Shown: piece by piece, positions 1-13,525 of the stretch | Position numbering within the stretch: the first letter of the stretch is position 1 | How the letters are laid out: each line of letters opens with the position of its first letter | Source: Ruditapes philippinarum | Lineage: Eukaryota | Assembly: GCF_026571515.1 (NCBI RefSeq) | Contig: NW_026857242.1 | Span: 372,001-436,000 of the forward strand | Direction of reading: 5' to 3' | Length of the DNA: 64,000 nucleotides | The notes under the pieces: generated by a model | Told to the model about the DNA's origin: nothing | What the model saw: the letters and a program-made list of their open reading frames with translations, nothing else | The model's database searches: none | Made by a program: the position numbers and the translations under genes

Positions 1-1622
1 ATCGGTTTTATAGGTTTTCTATTTATAGAACTTGAAGTGTTTGAATCAATGATAAAGCTGTAATTAATGTTTATTTACAGCAAGCATATCCACTTAATTA
101 TCACTAAACAGGAAACATATCGGGAATGTATCGGAATTATATCGGTGGTGATAATCTTTCAAAATAACATATTTTGTCTATGAGATTGCTAGTGTATTTT
201 GTGGACCTTGGCACTTCAACAATTTTTTTAGTAAACCAAATGCTATGTCATTCATGTGGTGAGTTTTGCTTCTCGGTATAAGTGGGGCTCTTTTGCACAT
301 AATTTGTTCAACATATATGTGAAAGTTATGTTTTATTATGCAATGGCATAAACGTTTTTGATTTAAAGATAAACTATGCTCGTCTTTGAGCATAACATTT
401 TAATCACAGAAATTTATTGAAATCTCTAAAATTCTTACTTGAATGAAACACGAATAAACTATGTAACTATGTATGTATGGGAAGCTGCGTTCCCTATTAC
501 AGATCAAGTACAGTTTGTCCTTTCTTTAAAAAAACTGCCAGTTGTTTTAAATGACACTATATATTTATATTGTGACCACCTTTAGTGTTTAGAGTTTAAA
601 ACATAATTTATCTAGTTTGTGTTAAGTCAAAACATGTTTATTTTAGATTCATAAGGAGCCTATGTTGCAATGATCAATATTTTTAATATCAAATTTAAGC
701 ATAGTATATCTCTAAAGTACCCAAGCTTTGATAAAAATTAATTAATTAATTTGAAATTTTGTCTTTGAAAATAATTCCAATCTTTATGCTCCAAGTGTTT
801 TCATTTTGATGGATTTGTATTTTTATTGAATTCGGTTGTGGCTGTTGTTAGTGTTTTCGTTGCTATAATCGTTTGCATGTTACCTGGAATATGCAATGAC
901 ACATGTAATTTAAAGACATTTAAATTCATTGTCAGTTCACACAAAACTATTAAATACATTAGTAGTCCAACAATATTTCATTGTCTTGTTTGCTGAAATC
1001 TAAATCTTCAATTGGTAGAACGTTGTTGTAATCAGTTGTGTTTATTGAGCGATCCACGTCTAATCTTTAGTACATCTTGCAAGAAAATGGCATCATGCTT
1101 AACAACTTACGATTAATTTTGACAGTGGTTGACAGTTGTTTCTATCAATATGATGTTCAGTAAATAAATAAGATGAAGCTATAAAAATATAGCTGATCAA
1201 AATATAAAAGATATCTAAATATAAGTTAATTTTAACATGACTTTCATTCATATTAAATTTTCTATATCGTTTCTGTGAAAACATAAACTACGAAAAATCA
1301 ATTCAAGAATATAATGCTAGAAACAGAACTGCATTTGCAATCATAAATCTGACCTAGAATATTTATTGACGAAAGAAATTGAAACAATCCTCTAGAATGC
1401 TTAAATTCTTTTTGATTTTGAAACGTTGCTGGCAGAATGATCGTTGAATTCAGCTGTGAATATTTGACATTCTATAAATATGATTTGGCCAGATAGTGTC
1501 AGGTGTGGGAGAGATTATTTCTGATATAAGATGATACATTGATACATTAGCTAGGTTTATGAGCTGGAATATTTAAAGGTTTTGTCTTTTACGTATCATA
1601 TTGATATAAATGTATTTCTGAT

Positions 1623-1850
1623 ATATGAGCCGCGTCACGACAAAACCAACATAATGGGTTTGCGACCAGCATGGATCCAGACCAGTCTGCGCGGCCGCGT
1701 AGTCTGATCAGGATCCATGCTGTTCGCTACTGTTTGCTACTTGTAATAGGGTTGGTGGATCCTGATCAGACTGCGCGGATGCGCAGGCTGGTCTGGATCC
1801 ATGCTGGTCGCAAACCCATTATGTTGGTTTTGTCATGACGCGGCTCATAT
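1623..1850. mobile_element. palindromic MITE family A, copy 1
   Basis: Near-perfect inverted arms atatgagccgcgtcacgacaaaaccaac...gttggttttgtcatgacgcggctcatat with internal ggatcc repeats. Paralogs at 28631 and 50376. Confidence 0.9.
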
Positions 1851-2452
1851 GTATCTGACAATGACGTTAATGAAAAAGTATATCCATCTAATATAAAATA
1901 GCAGAATCCTCGTTGATTTTTTTTTGTTTTGTTCTTGTTTGTTTGTTTGTATCCTTGAGTTTGGACATAAACACATTCACAAAAAGAAATGTTTTCATCA
2001 AAATTAACAAGATCCGTTTCTATATATGTTTTGCCATGTTGTGTTGGCTTCCAATTTTCACTAATTAAAGCAAGAATATAGTTTGTGCCTGTATTAACCC
2101 ATTACCAGATATTCACGCCTTTTAACGACTTTTTCATTCCCCTTTTTGTGGTCTCAAATGGTGAAAAAATGCCTTACTTAGACCCCTTACACTTGTTTTT
2201 TGTTTGGGAAATGCGCGTGTGTGTAAGCGTTACTGTTTTTCTTTAATGAAACTGGAAATGTGTTCATGTAAAAATCTTTTATCAAGTAAACAATGGTAGT
2301 AACATTGTAAAAATTTCTGCAATTCTTCCTTAAAGGCTAATTTATGTTATGGTAAATAATCTTTTAGTACAGAGATAAAACTCAACATCAACAGCAAGTG
2401 TCAAGTGTCGTGTGGCAGCTGTAAAGAGTTGTCCCGTACTTCACTTCAGTGA

Positions 2453-2860
2453 TGTTATATTTTTCTGGTCCCTCGGGATCCTTGATGCCAGCACTATTAA
2501 GGGTTGAGAATTGAGTACCACTTAAGCCGGTGCTATGGGGCGTCAGGGATGTTGCATTTATTCACTATCTCTCATGTACAGACTCAATCAAACCGAGTCT
2601 GTAACTTTCATGTAATTTTTTTGTGATTTATGCTTCCGAGGGATCACTTTGTTTAGCGTCTCTTTGTAGAAAAAAATCCAGAAACATCAATCACAACAAA
2701 ATTACATGAAAAGTGCAAACTAGGTTTGATTGAGTTTGTACATGATGGATAAAAAATCAGTACAACATATTTTATGCCCCCTAGCACCACTTGAGTGGTA
2801 CTCAGCTTTGAAAACTTAGATATGCTGGAATCATTGATCCCGAAAGACCTAGAAATCAGC
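2453..2860. mobile_element. fold-back MITE family B, two-armed copy
   Basis: The left arm (ctggtccctcgggatc...gtacagactcaatcaaaccgagtctg) is the diverged reverse complement of the right arm (ggtttgattgagtttgtacatg...gatcccgaaagacc). Confidence 0.8.
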
Positions 2861-5800
2861 TATTTATGTCCATTCATATAGATATTTACAAAACTTTTTA
2901 GTTCTTCATTGATATTGAGTTGTTAATTATATCATATATATTTCAGAAAATTAATTAAAATAAATTAAGTCTGGATAATTTATCTCATGGCTAATTCCGT
3001 CTAATATTGAATTACCTCCAGACGTTTCCCTGACTTCGCTAAAGTAAGGTTGGTATCAAGTAAGACAGTGGACCTTTCATCTTCTATCAAAGATCATCAT
3101 TCATCAAAATTGGATGACATTCATTATAGGAATAATGTAAACTTATAGGAATAATGTAAACAAGTTGTTCTTAAATGTTTTTATGTGTTTATAATACCAT
3201 ATTAACTAGGATGAGTATGAATTCAAATTCTTTAAATATAAGGTACGCAAGACAGCAGACATGATTCCTGATTGGAAAGTAGAAATCTTAACACTTAAAT
3301 ATCCATGTCCGACAAAGTTATTTTGAAGCTGTAACTGACCTTTAAATAAACCTTAACTTAATGATTAAAATATGGTTAAAATATACATTTTGAATTTTGA
3401 CATTAGGTATGTTTTTTACCTGTTTCAAGGCAAAATTAAAAACAAAAGCAGCTTTGATGAATGAATTTATGTTTTAGATTCTTACTTTTATTCACGCACG
3501 ATTTCCTTACTTCTATAGGAAAGGTGTGATGTTGAAAGGGGTCTAATTGAATTTTGTAATTAAAACTCAATAAAGATGCTAAAATATCTTCAATGACTTA
3601 TATGATCTTTTCCGCTATCTGTTTGATGTATTAAGTTCAGGCACATGTGGATGTTTAAAATCATTCTTAGATTGTATGGCAGTTTTATTTATTACCATTA
3701 TTTTCTCAGTTATGTTACATAACAATTTCAAAGTTCAGTGCAGTAACTTTTCGTGTCTTACTGATCGCCATAAAAAAGGTATTAAAAAGGAATGTTTTGA
3801 AATCTATTATTTTAATATATCGGTAACGTTCAAATAATTGCCTTACAACTAGAAATGCAGGTAATATGATACTTTATTCGAGTTCTTTTTTAGGATACGA
3901 CAATTCTCAAATGATTAAACTTGAAGTGTGAATATTTCCTCTTAATTTTTTTTTAAATCAAACATTGACAAACATAAATCAAACATTGACAAACACTTCA
4001 TTTTGCTTCTTCAAAGTTTTTTGAACATACTGAAATATAAGCAACAATTAAGTAAAGCATTTTGTCATTGCTAGGTCAGAAAAGATTGTTGTCATTATTT
4101 TGTAAGTTTTGCCCTATTGTTCGTAATATTACAAATATTTTAACGACACCTGGTTTTCAGAATATAATCTCACCTTTTTATTCTCATAAAATCGTTAGAC
4201 GTTAACTAGCTTTTTTTCTTCCTCCTGGTTGAGCAATTTTCGAACGTTTCACATTCTAAAAATATGATTTCCGTAGATAAAGTGAGGTGTGGGTGAGATT
4301 GTTAATGATTACAGACAACTGTATGATATATTATCCAGGTTTATACGTAACAATATTACCAGGTGTTTCTATCGAATTGAAAATACGTAACGTAGTTTTT
4401 ATGTTTTGAAAACTTTGGATCATTTGAACTTGCATTTACAACGACACTGTAGAACTAACGACCTGGAATGATTCCTTAATGAAAGAAGCTCAACTTCCTG
4501 TCATACCTTATAGAAAAATTAACATATCGTAAACTTGAAAACCAGCAATATAAGTAAATTAATTCACAAGATTCAAGATTTTAGAAAAAACATAATTGTG
4601 AAAGAAGTGTTGATTATTTCATGCATTATATACAGTTTATATAACGAACACATTAATTCAACTAAAAGTCTTTTTTACAAATTGCGATAATATTGAGCCA
4701 TTAAATTATGTAGAAAAAAAACAACAAAGAATGATTGTAAAAAACAACGGTATTATTAAAAAATAAAATAAAAAAAGAAAACTTGATAACATTGTTTACT
4801 ATCAACTTTGCAAGTATATATACAGAAGGGTTTTTAGCTTTGAAGTGGAATAAAGAAACTTCCTTGATCAGTATTCCAGTGAGTCGCGGTTAAATGTTTA
4901 GAATCTTGCAATGTGCACTGATGGGAGTAAATGTATCTTTTACAGCAGGCATCTATTGATTAACTTATCAAAAAGACTTACTGTTCACCTCGTACTTTAT
5001 TACAAGAACAAATAAAAATTAACTTTGTATCGTAACACTGATCAAAAGCAATATGTAACTAAGTTCCTAGTCCTTTGGGCGTTTTAACTTATTTTCGTAT
5101 AACTTATGTATTTATTACTGTAATATATACAATATAGAGAAACCAGCATGCAAAATTTAAACATGTTATAGCTTCAAGTTTTCAAACAGTGTAGTTAGGT
5201 GATTTTGAAATAACGAAAGAATTTAGCATCGAGCAAGTAAAAAGTTCCTATAAATATTGACTTGTTCGCTGTATTCTTTTCAGATCTTCAGATCACTATT
5301 GGATAGATATCAATCTTATTGATATATTTGAAAAAAGAAGCTTATATCAAAGAAACCGACGATAAATCACGCTTTTGTGTAAGCGAAGCTGTGGAAATAT
5401 ATGGAATAATTTTCAAAAACGGTAGTTGTATGTAGGATTGAAACAGCTCAGTATATCGTTATTGTGCTAGTGTTAACATTTACAGTTGTGTGAATCGTTG
5501 TTAACTATTATGAAGAGGAATAAATAAATAAGTAAGGAAATACTCATTGACTACTTATTTAAAGTATATTATTTTATAACTAACGACCATTGGACTTCTT
5601 TTTTGTATCAATGTCATTTAACTTTTTTAGAAAAACATAATTGCTATTTTGTTATTTTGTTTTCAAAGCACTTTAATTTAGTTTTATTTAAATATAAATG
5701 AAAAATTTATCTGACCAACGTCATTTGCCTGTTTTGTACATATACGATCAAACAAATGTTAACAATGGAGCAATTAGATTTTTAAAAATTTGTTCATCTC

Positions 5801-8800
5801 TTTTATTTCCTCCAAATGTTCATATTTGTTGTCACTGAAAACATTAGAGACACAGATAGTTGTTCAAGTCATAAAAATTACCAATAATGGAAATCATTGA
5901 TTGTCACAAAAAACTCTCATCATAAAAAGAAGTTATTCACTTCTCGATTTATGCATTTCAATGCTTTGACAGTTTAATATTCATAAATATATAGAAGACA
6001 CAATTTAAAAAGGCTTTAATGGCGTACCGTATGAATGACGTAGACATTATACAAATTATTCATATGGTTAAAAGTCATTGTAACAAAACTATGTTAGTCG
6101 TAATAAACAACCATATATACTTACATCATGATATAATATACAATCGAAACAACTATGCAACCAGAAAATCCGAATTATATAGCTAACTAAATTATCTACT
6201 ATTTGTTGTTTTTTACCCAAAGATTTAGAGGTAAATGCTAACACGCTTTTAGCAATAAACACATATTCTTAAACATTAAATAGAAATATGTGGGAGGTGA
6301 GCAAGTTTTTAATTAGCTAAAATGATTGATTGTTTGAACACATTTTTATACGTCATAACTTGTAAAATAATTAACTCTTGAAAAGTCTGCACACGTAATT
6401 AGTCGGAGACTGCATTAAGTGCAGACATTATTCTTATTCTGATAAAAAAAAAATCCTAATTTGCGAGATTAAGGTAGACATTGGAAACTGTTTTATTTTG
6501 TATTTAAAAAGAAAGCGATTTAGTTAAATGTGTGTTTTATTTCGATGATTTTACTACCATATAATCAGAAGCTATACACAGATTGAAACCTTTAACTACT
6601 TGGAGTTTGTAACTGAAATATCAAATAAATAAAGTGAAAGAATGCTTTGTGGTTTTAATTGGATTGGGGTGTCATTCCTAGATGAATTTACTTTCTTGAA
6701 AAACCATGTAAGCATTTTTGGTGGTACAAAAGCAGTACCTATTAAAATGTACAATTGTATATAAAATTAATCTGAGTTAATGTAATAAAGTGTTTTATAC
6801 TCGTTACGTAAATTCTTCTCTCTCTTTTTTATTCAAAGCCAATTTACATATTGCCAGACATTATGAGTGGCGTCCTGATATTGTGAGATATTCGCTATCT
6901 ATTAATATCTCTAGAAAACTCTTAATTGGAAAATGCATTAAGCACGAGCCTATGAATCCTGGCTGATTAAGGCTTAAACTTGTATGTTTATCAATTTGAA
7001 CTTTGATATTCTGATCAGTTATATCTATATGATCGCAGACTCTATCTAGTCTTGCTATCTCATTATAAAACATGGAAATTAATCAAATGTACCTTCTACC
7101 AGGTATGTGCTTGGAGTAGATTAGGTTTGTGTTTTTCTAGCTTACATAAATGTTATATAGTCGCCATCAAACACCACTTTGAACAATATTCTTGTATTTA
7201 ACGGCTTCTTTAATGATTAATATAACTTTCTGCTAGAGCATCTTTATATGCGCACATGTATGTATTTCCATAAGACAGATCTTGTACAAGATCAAATACA
7301 GTCAGAGTAGGTAAAAGAGTTTTCAAGATAAAACCAGGTTGGCAATTTTGAACTGCTCTTTCGGTTTTTATCATTGCTCTTGAAGAATTTCCCTTCACAA
7401 GATGTTTTCCCTTGTTTTATTTAGTTTAAAGAAATAACTGAGCAAAATAACAAACTATTTCAAATTTCACAAGGCATTGACTATTCTGATGTTTTATTAT
7501 TTCATCAATTACAAAAACTATTCTCATAAATATAGCTTACATCCCCTCAATGTAAACATTCTTTTACTCAATTAAGAACTAGATATCTCTTACCAGGAAA
7601 ATGCATTAATATCATGTATCAACGTTAAGCTAGTGTAGTTAGAAGTCAATACCATTAAGTACAAATAACCAACGAACGCCAATAGTTCGTTAAAGAGAAT
7701 GAAGGGTGATTGTGCTGGTAGTAAATTTATTATATTTTTTTTTTCTGTTGTTTGATATCGAGTTAAAGAGTTTTCTATATGTTCCACGGCTGGCCACAAA
7801 CGTTTTAATCTATGTTCTATTTTTAACATTCCATTTAGTTCCTGAAATACTTATTTGATGGTGACTTAACTCTAAGAGAGGAATATGGAAATGTTATCAT
7901 TTACCTTTATACAGTTTACAATTACAATTTACAATAGCAATAAATTATATATAAGTGAAGTAAAGAAACCGAGAGATATTCACTAGTGATAGAGCTCTTA
8001 AATGGCTACTTCGTGTAAAAGTGTACTGAATACTGAAAAACCTTCCAGCTGTTTAAATATATTGTGGCGCTTATTGAATTATCAATCTTTCAGAAACGTC
8101 AAAATCAGTTAACTACCAGGTGCTGTTATTATTTTTAATTATTTCTTCAGATTGTCTTACTTTTATTATTATTTTGGTTTACATTTTTGTTGATTTTACT
8201 GAGGTAGAAATACATTGAAGAAAAATAACATTTGCTGAAACATATATTCTGATGAAATTGTACCAACTTTTGTACCAACAGCGACATTATATGACTGAAA
8301 AACAGCTATCACTTACGAGGAAACGGCCATACGGAATTGATACAGTGAATCAATTTGAATATTGGAATAATCACAGTGCCAGTAGCTTTAAGCACGTTGA
8401 ACCCGTGTTTCTTTGAAAAGTGTTATTGCAAATGTTTGTGTTTTTGTTGTCGTTGTCGTTGATGTTGCTGGGTTATAAGTTTTCCTGTTATCATTAGGTT
8501 TTATCATTCACAAAATTACGCAAAATCTATCGATTGTTCAATGGAAGTAGATAGCGGATAAACGTAAATATTTGGTGAATATTTTTATTCGTAGTATTTT
8601 AGCTTGTTATGAAATAAGCTATCGATTATTAATTGATAATATGTACATTTAGTTTTTGTGGCATTCATTCTATATTCTGTATAGCTTTGAAACATACAAC
8701 AAATTCTTATCGTAACGTATCACTAGGATTGTGTGTGTAATAAAATTGTGATGAACTGTTTGTTCATTAGTGCTGTAATCAGAGATATAATTTGACAGTT

Positions 8801-11800
8801 AATTCCTTGAAAGAAAAATATATTTTCTCTAATGTTCTAGTATTTGTATACATTATTTTATGTCGATCCATTAATAAATGTTATGATCTGTCAAAAGTCC
8901 TAAACATTTACGAGTTTAAGCAAGTACAAATGTTCTAGGTAAGGAAATCAATATAGCCTCGAGTGACAGCGTCCCGTATAACTTCATTTGTTTATAAGAA
9001 AGCCCAGGGAATTGCTAAGTTTATCAAATAATGTCAGTCACATGTTTAAAACGTTCAAGGGAAACCGTCAATAATCTTTAGCTCAAAAAAGAAATAAAAA
9101 CATCATCTGTTTAGTACATTGATATTACTGAACCTTTGTCCTAGAAAATATGGTTATCATCTTAACATTTCTATATAATGTCATACAAAGTATTAAATAT
9201 TTCTTCTAATCTTAACAATGATACTATGATGTTGATAATTATAATTTATACGAAAGCGCCGTACAACACTTGTGGTCATTGTTAAACAACATATGTCATT
9301 TTTGTTTTTCATTTCTTTATTATAGTTGAAAAAGCGATGAGTTTGACTCCACGCCCAAACTGAGAGATGGGGGAGCGCTATGCACGTCAAAGACACGATA
9401 CGATTTCCAGTACTGTCTTTAGAAAAACTATGCTCCGTTTTGTGGGCAATAAACGGGCTACTCTTATTAGCTGAAGGTAAGACTATACAATGTTATCCTT
9501 GTTAACATAAACTTGATGTAGAAAATATTCCACACTATTTCATAAAGTGATAAATACGTTGTTTTTATTTTTTTGTTTTTGCTTTTTTTGTTGTTTTTTT
9601 TTTTGAAAAGTTTTCTTTTAATGTGGCAAATTTTCATTTGTAAGCTATGCATTTATATAAATTATGGTGTAAATTTTGATATATATGGCACTTGACGTGT
9701 GTGTGTGAAATATGTAATTGATAAGGAATTTTTGTATGTACTGTTCGAGAGACGTTTATTAACAAAATACATGTTTATCTATAAATTGACATGAACTGTA
9801 TTTCGCCCAAGCGTTCGTGCTGGTTAACATAAATCGAAAACAAATTGATAAAAATTTCTATTTTATACATGCATAATACGTTCTTTACAAAATTTGATTT
9901 ACATAAAATACACTGCTGTGAATTGAATTCCGGATTTTTATTGCATCAAACATGGAACAACTAAAACGATAGAGAGAAGTCCTTAGTTGCTTTATAACAT
10001 TCAACATTTTATAGTATTTTGCCGTTAAGCATTGTAATTGCGTGCTGTAAATGATTAAAAGAACGAATTAGTCTGGAAAACTACAATAAAAATCTGAACT
10101 ATTGTATGCTGTAGTAATCGTAGAGGTGCTTTTATGGTAAATGGATATCGCAGTCAGTTTTAAGGTGTAATTGAAACTGAGAGGCTATGCTCTATACTGG
10201 ACAATTTGATGCAAAAAGACAATGATAATGTTATGTTAAACAAACCGAAGTCTCAGCTTGAAATCTATCTATTTGTTCTTGTTTTCATAATATTGTTCAG
10301 TAGAAACAAACATAAAATGCACATTACCATTAGTTGAAATGTGAGCACATTTGCTATAAATATGTTAAAAATTAAACTGTTTAATATTCACATTTACGTT
10401 TACTGAAACAAGTGAATTCATTTATTCTTAAATAGTCAGAAAATTTCAAATTGCCTTTTTTAATGGGCGAAAAGGTACGACAAAAATTATATAGATGGAC
10501 AAAGAAAATGATACCAATAGTTTTCTTGATTTTGAAATCATATTAACTACAAAAATGATGTGGATTGTTTCATAATTTTATCATTTGTAACTGACGTAAT
10601 CATCTCATTTTGATAATATCGATCCACCTATACAGCTGTTTAATCGGCTACTGTACACATACAAATAACTCCCTGCTTCAAATTAACACGCAATTTCTGT
10701 TCATTATTAAAGGTATTGGCATTGCCTGATAATATTGGCAGTTTAAAAACAATATCGACATGAACACAGCAGTTGTCGGAAAAACTGTAATTTATCTTCA
10801 TTTAAGAGACAGTATTGATGCGAATATCATGCAACTGTAGGTGATATTCTTTCTCTCTCTCATATATAACATGTTTATGTCTGACAGCTTTGCGTGCATT
10901 AATCAATGCTCTTTTGGTTATAACTGTAATTGATGATGTAAATAAAAGCATATTTCATGTATGTAAAAAATCATGTAATTCAAGGTGGTACAGAACGATA
11001 TTGGGTTTTCCGTTTCGCAATGTGAATGGAAACATTCAGTAATCAAACAGTAAGCAGTATGATTTCTCCTGGAACAGTGGCATTTAGAAATTGCAATAAA
11101 ATAGCATTACAATAAGATGTTCAATGTGAATTTTACCTAATATAAGGCTTGCTTTATACCGTTACAACTTACGAACTGACTCAATTTAATAATGATACTA
11201 TGGTTTTTAAAATTAAAATATAGACAATAGATTTGTATTGTATCAAATTATTCTTAATGCCGAATTAAAAGCACAATAGCCTTTCATATAAAGCTTACTT
11301 TCAACAATATACTTCTAGCACTGGAAACAAAATATAAGAATATTGTTTAAAATTAGGCAAGCTTTTCATAAAATTACAAAATATACTATATGAAATAATA
11401 TTATCTAGACAAGTTGAACAATCAAGTATCATATGAGGAACCAAGATGAGTTCGAACTTGGGTTAAGAATGGGTATCGACTTAACTATTAAGACATTGCC
11501 TTTATTCCTTTTCCATACGTATTATTTTGTTAAAATAAGATAAACTAGAAATACTTTAAGCATCTTATTCTTAATAAAAGTTTTCATTTTGATTAAACTA
11601 GGTATCTAACACAATAAAGAGTCCATTCAGGATATCTATAACTAAATTTGCTAACTCTAGACTATAAATTCCACGAGTTTGACCTTTGAATTTTATCTTA
11701 TATGTACACATTTTCATATCATATATTATAATACTGAATACGTTATTAATTTTACATAGTATATGGATTATTTAAATACGATTGCTATCAAGGCATACTA

Positions 11801-13339
11801 AGCCTCAGAAGTGAATAAATGTACAATATATGCTCTAAGGTCATTTATTATTTTTTGTAATGGATTTAGAGCATGTTAGATACTTATCATGTATCAGCGT
11901 TGAATAAAAAATCAACAACTTGTGTTAAAGTGTCGAAACGTAACAAAGTGATACTAAGTCTCTCCTCCATAAAGAATATAACTCAGATAATGGCTAAAAT
12001 GCAAAATATTGATTAGCTGTATTTCAAATGAGTACCGTTTGGGAAAATATAACAAAGCGCCACCCCCCCCCCCTCCGCCACACACACAAACACACACTTA
12101 GCCTTTTGACAAATATGACAAACAATATTTTCGGTGGCAAATGAAATTTCAACATAAATTATAATGTCATATTGAATATGAACATGTAATGTCGGTAAGT
12201 TTTATCAGCAACAAATCATTTTTATAATCTATTACATAACTCTTTGATAGGATAATGTCATTGTTATTAGGGATTTCATTAAACTAAAATCAATTTCATT
12301 GATATCAACTTATAACTAGCTTTTATATCTTAGTAACTTATATAAAATCGATATAGTTTATTATGTTGCTGAATAGAGCCTCGTATTACAGCAGTTAATT
12401 GTTTTATACATCTAAATTTTATATTTCGCATTCACACCAATGTTTGTTGCGTTAATAAGCCACTGAAAGGTAAACACCATTGATTCTCAGCATGGTCATT
12501 AATATTTTAGTAATAGTTTGTTTAAAGCATACTTGTCATTTCATATTCAATGTAATTAAGTTGATAAAAATATTAAATAAAAGTGAGATGTTTTTCAATA
12601 AACTTATTGCATTTCGTATGCTTTGATAAGGAAAGTATGTATAAAATGGTCTTAAAGTTGTAAAAAATATTGATTGACCTGTATTTCGCAAAACACATCG
12701 CATGTGTTTGTACTAAATTATTATCACCATTGAATTGTGCAATGTATAACAGTGAATGTTTTATCATTATGTAGATTATATTCTAGGAAATGGTAGCATT
12801 GAACTGGCTTTTTATACAAATATTCAGATGAAATAATTTACTATTTACTTACTGATGCTTGTGGGTTTTTTTGAAAAAGTGATATATTTGATTTGTTGAA
12901 TTTCATGCCAATATTTTGAAATCTTGATTGTTGCCGGACAGAATGCAAATATAAACATATAACAACATATCACGTTTAATAAGTAATTAGTCCTACACAA
13001 TCTCACTATGTTATTATCTACATGCTAACCATTAAAAAAAATCGACTTAACCAATTTTAAAAATACACATGTAATTGGTTCTGCATTGCAGGAAGACAAT
13101 GTTTTACCATCATCAAAACATTGATACACAATATTGACATAGTATGAAAAACTGCTTTCTCCTCTTCGGTTTTAAGTACATGTATAATTCACAGTATGTA
13201 AAGGTTAATCTTATCTTGTAAAGCCAAATCTATATATATGCAATGGTTATTATGTTAATAAGAAAATAAGTAAAATATATTAAATTTATCATCCAAAAAG
13301 GCGAAGGTATTTCAAGTTTCTTTTGTGTAACAGATGTGT

Positions 13340-13525
13340 TGTTATAGTTTTCTGGTCCTTCGGGACCATTGGTTCCATCACTTCAAGCGTGGAAAATTTA
13401 GTACCGCTGAAGCCGGTGCTAGAGGGTGTGTGGGGTGTTGCACTTTTTCATTAGCCCTCATGTACATACTCAATCAATTTCATGTAATTTTGTTGTTATT
13501 AATGCTTCCAAGAGATCACTTATTT
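13340..13525 (+). mobile_element. MITE family B, single arm
   Basis: Aligns to 2453-2650 (ttctggtccttcggga...aagccggtgcta...ttcatgtaattttgttg). Confidence 0.75.

Noticed and set aside
3124-3995. Short perfect tandem duplications (ttataggaataatgtaaac x2; aaatcaaacattgacaaaca x2; similar ones at ~18630 and ~32918)
   Set aside because: Ordinary slippage/repair duplications.
178-7398. Peptide similarities among small minus-strand ORFs (SLSLNQ, NCQP)
   Set aside because: Too short, and not supported by extended nucleotide alignment.
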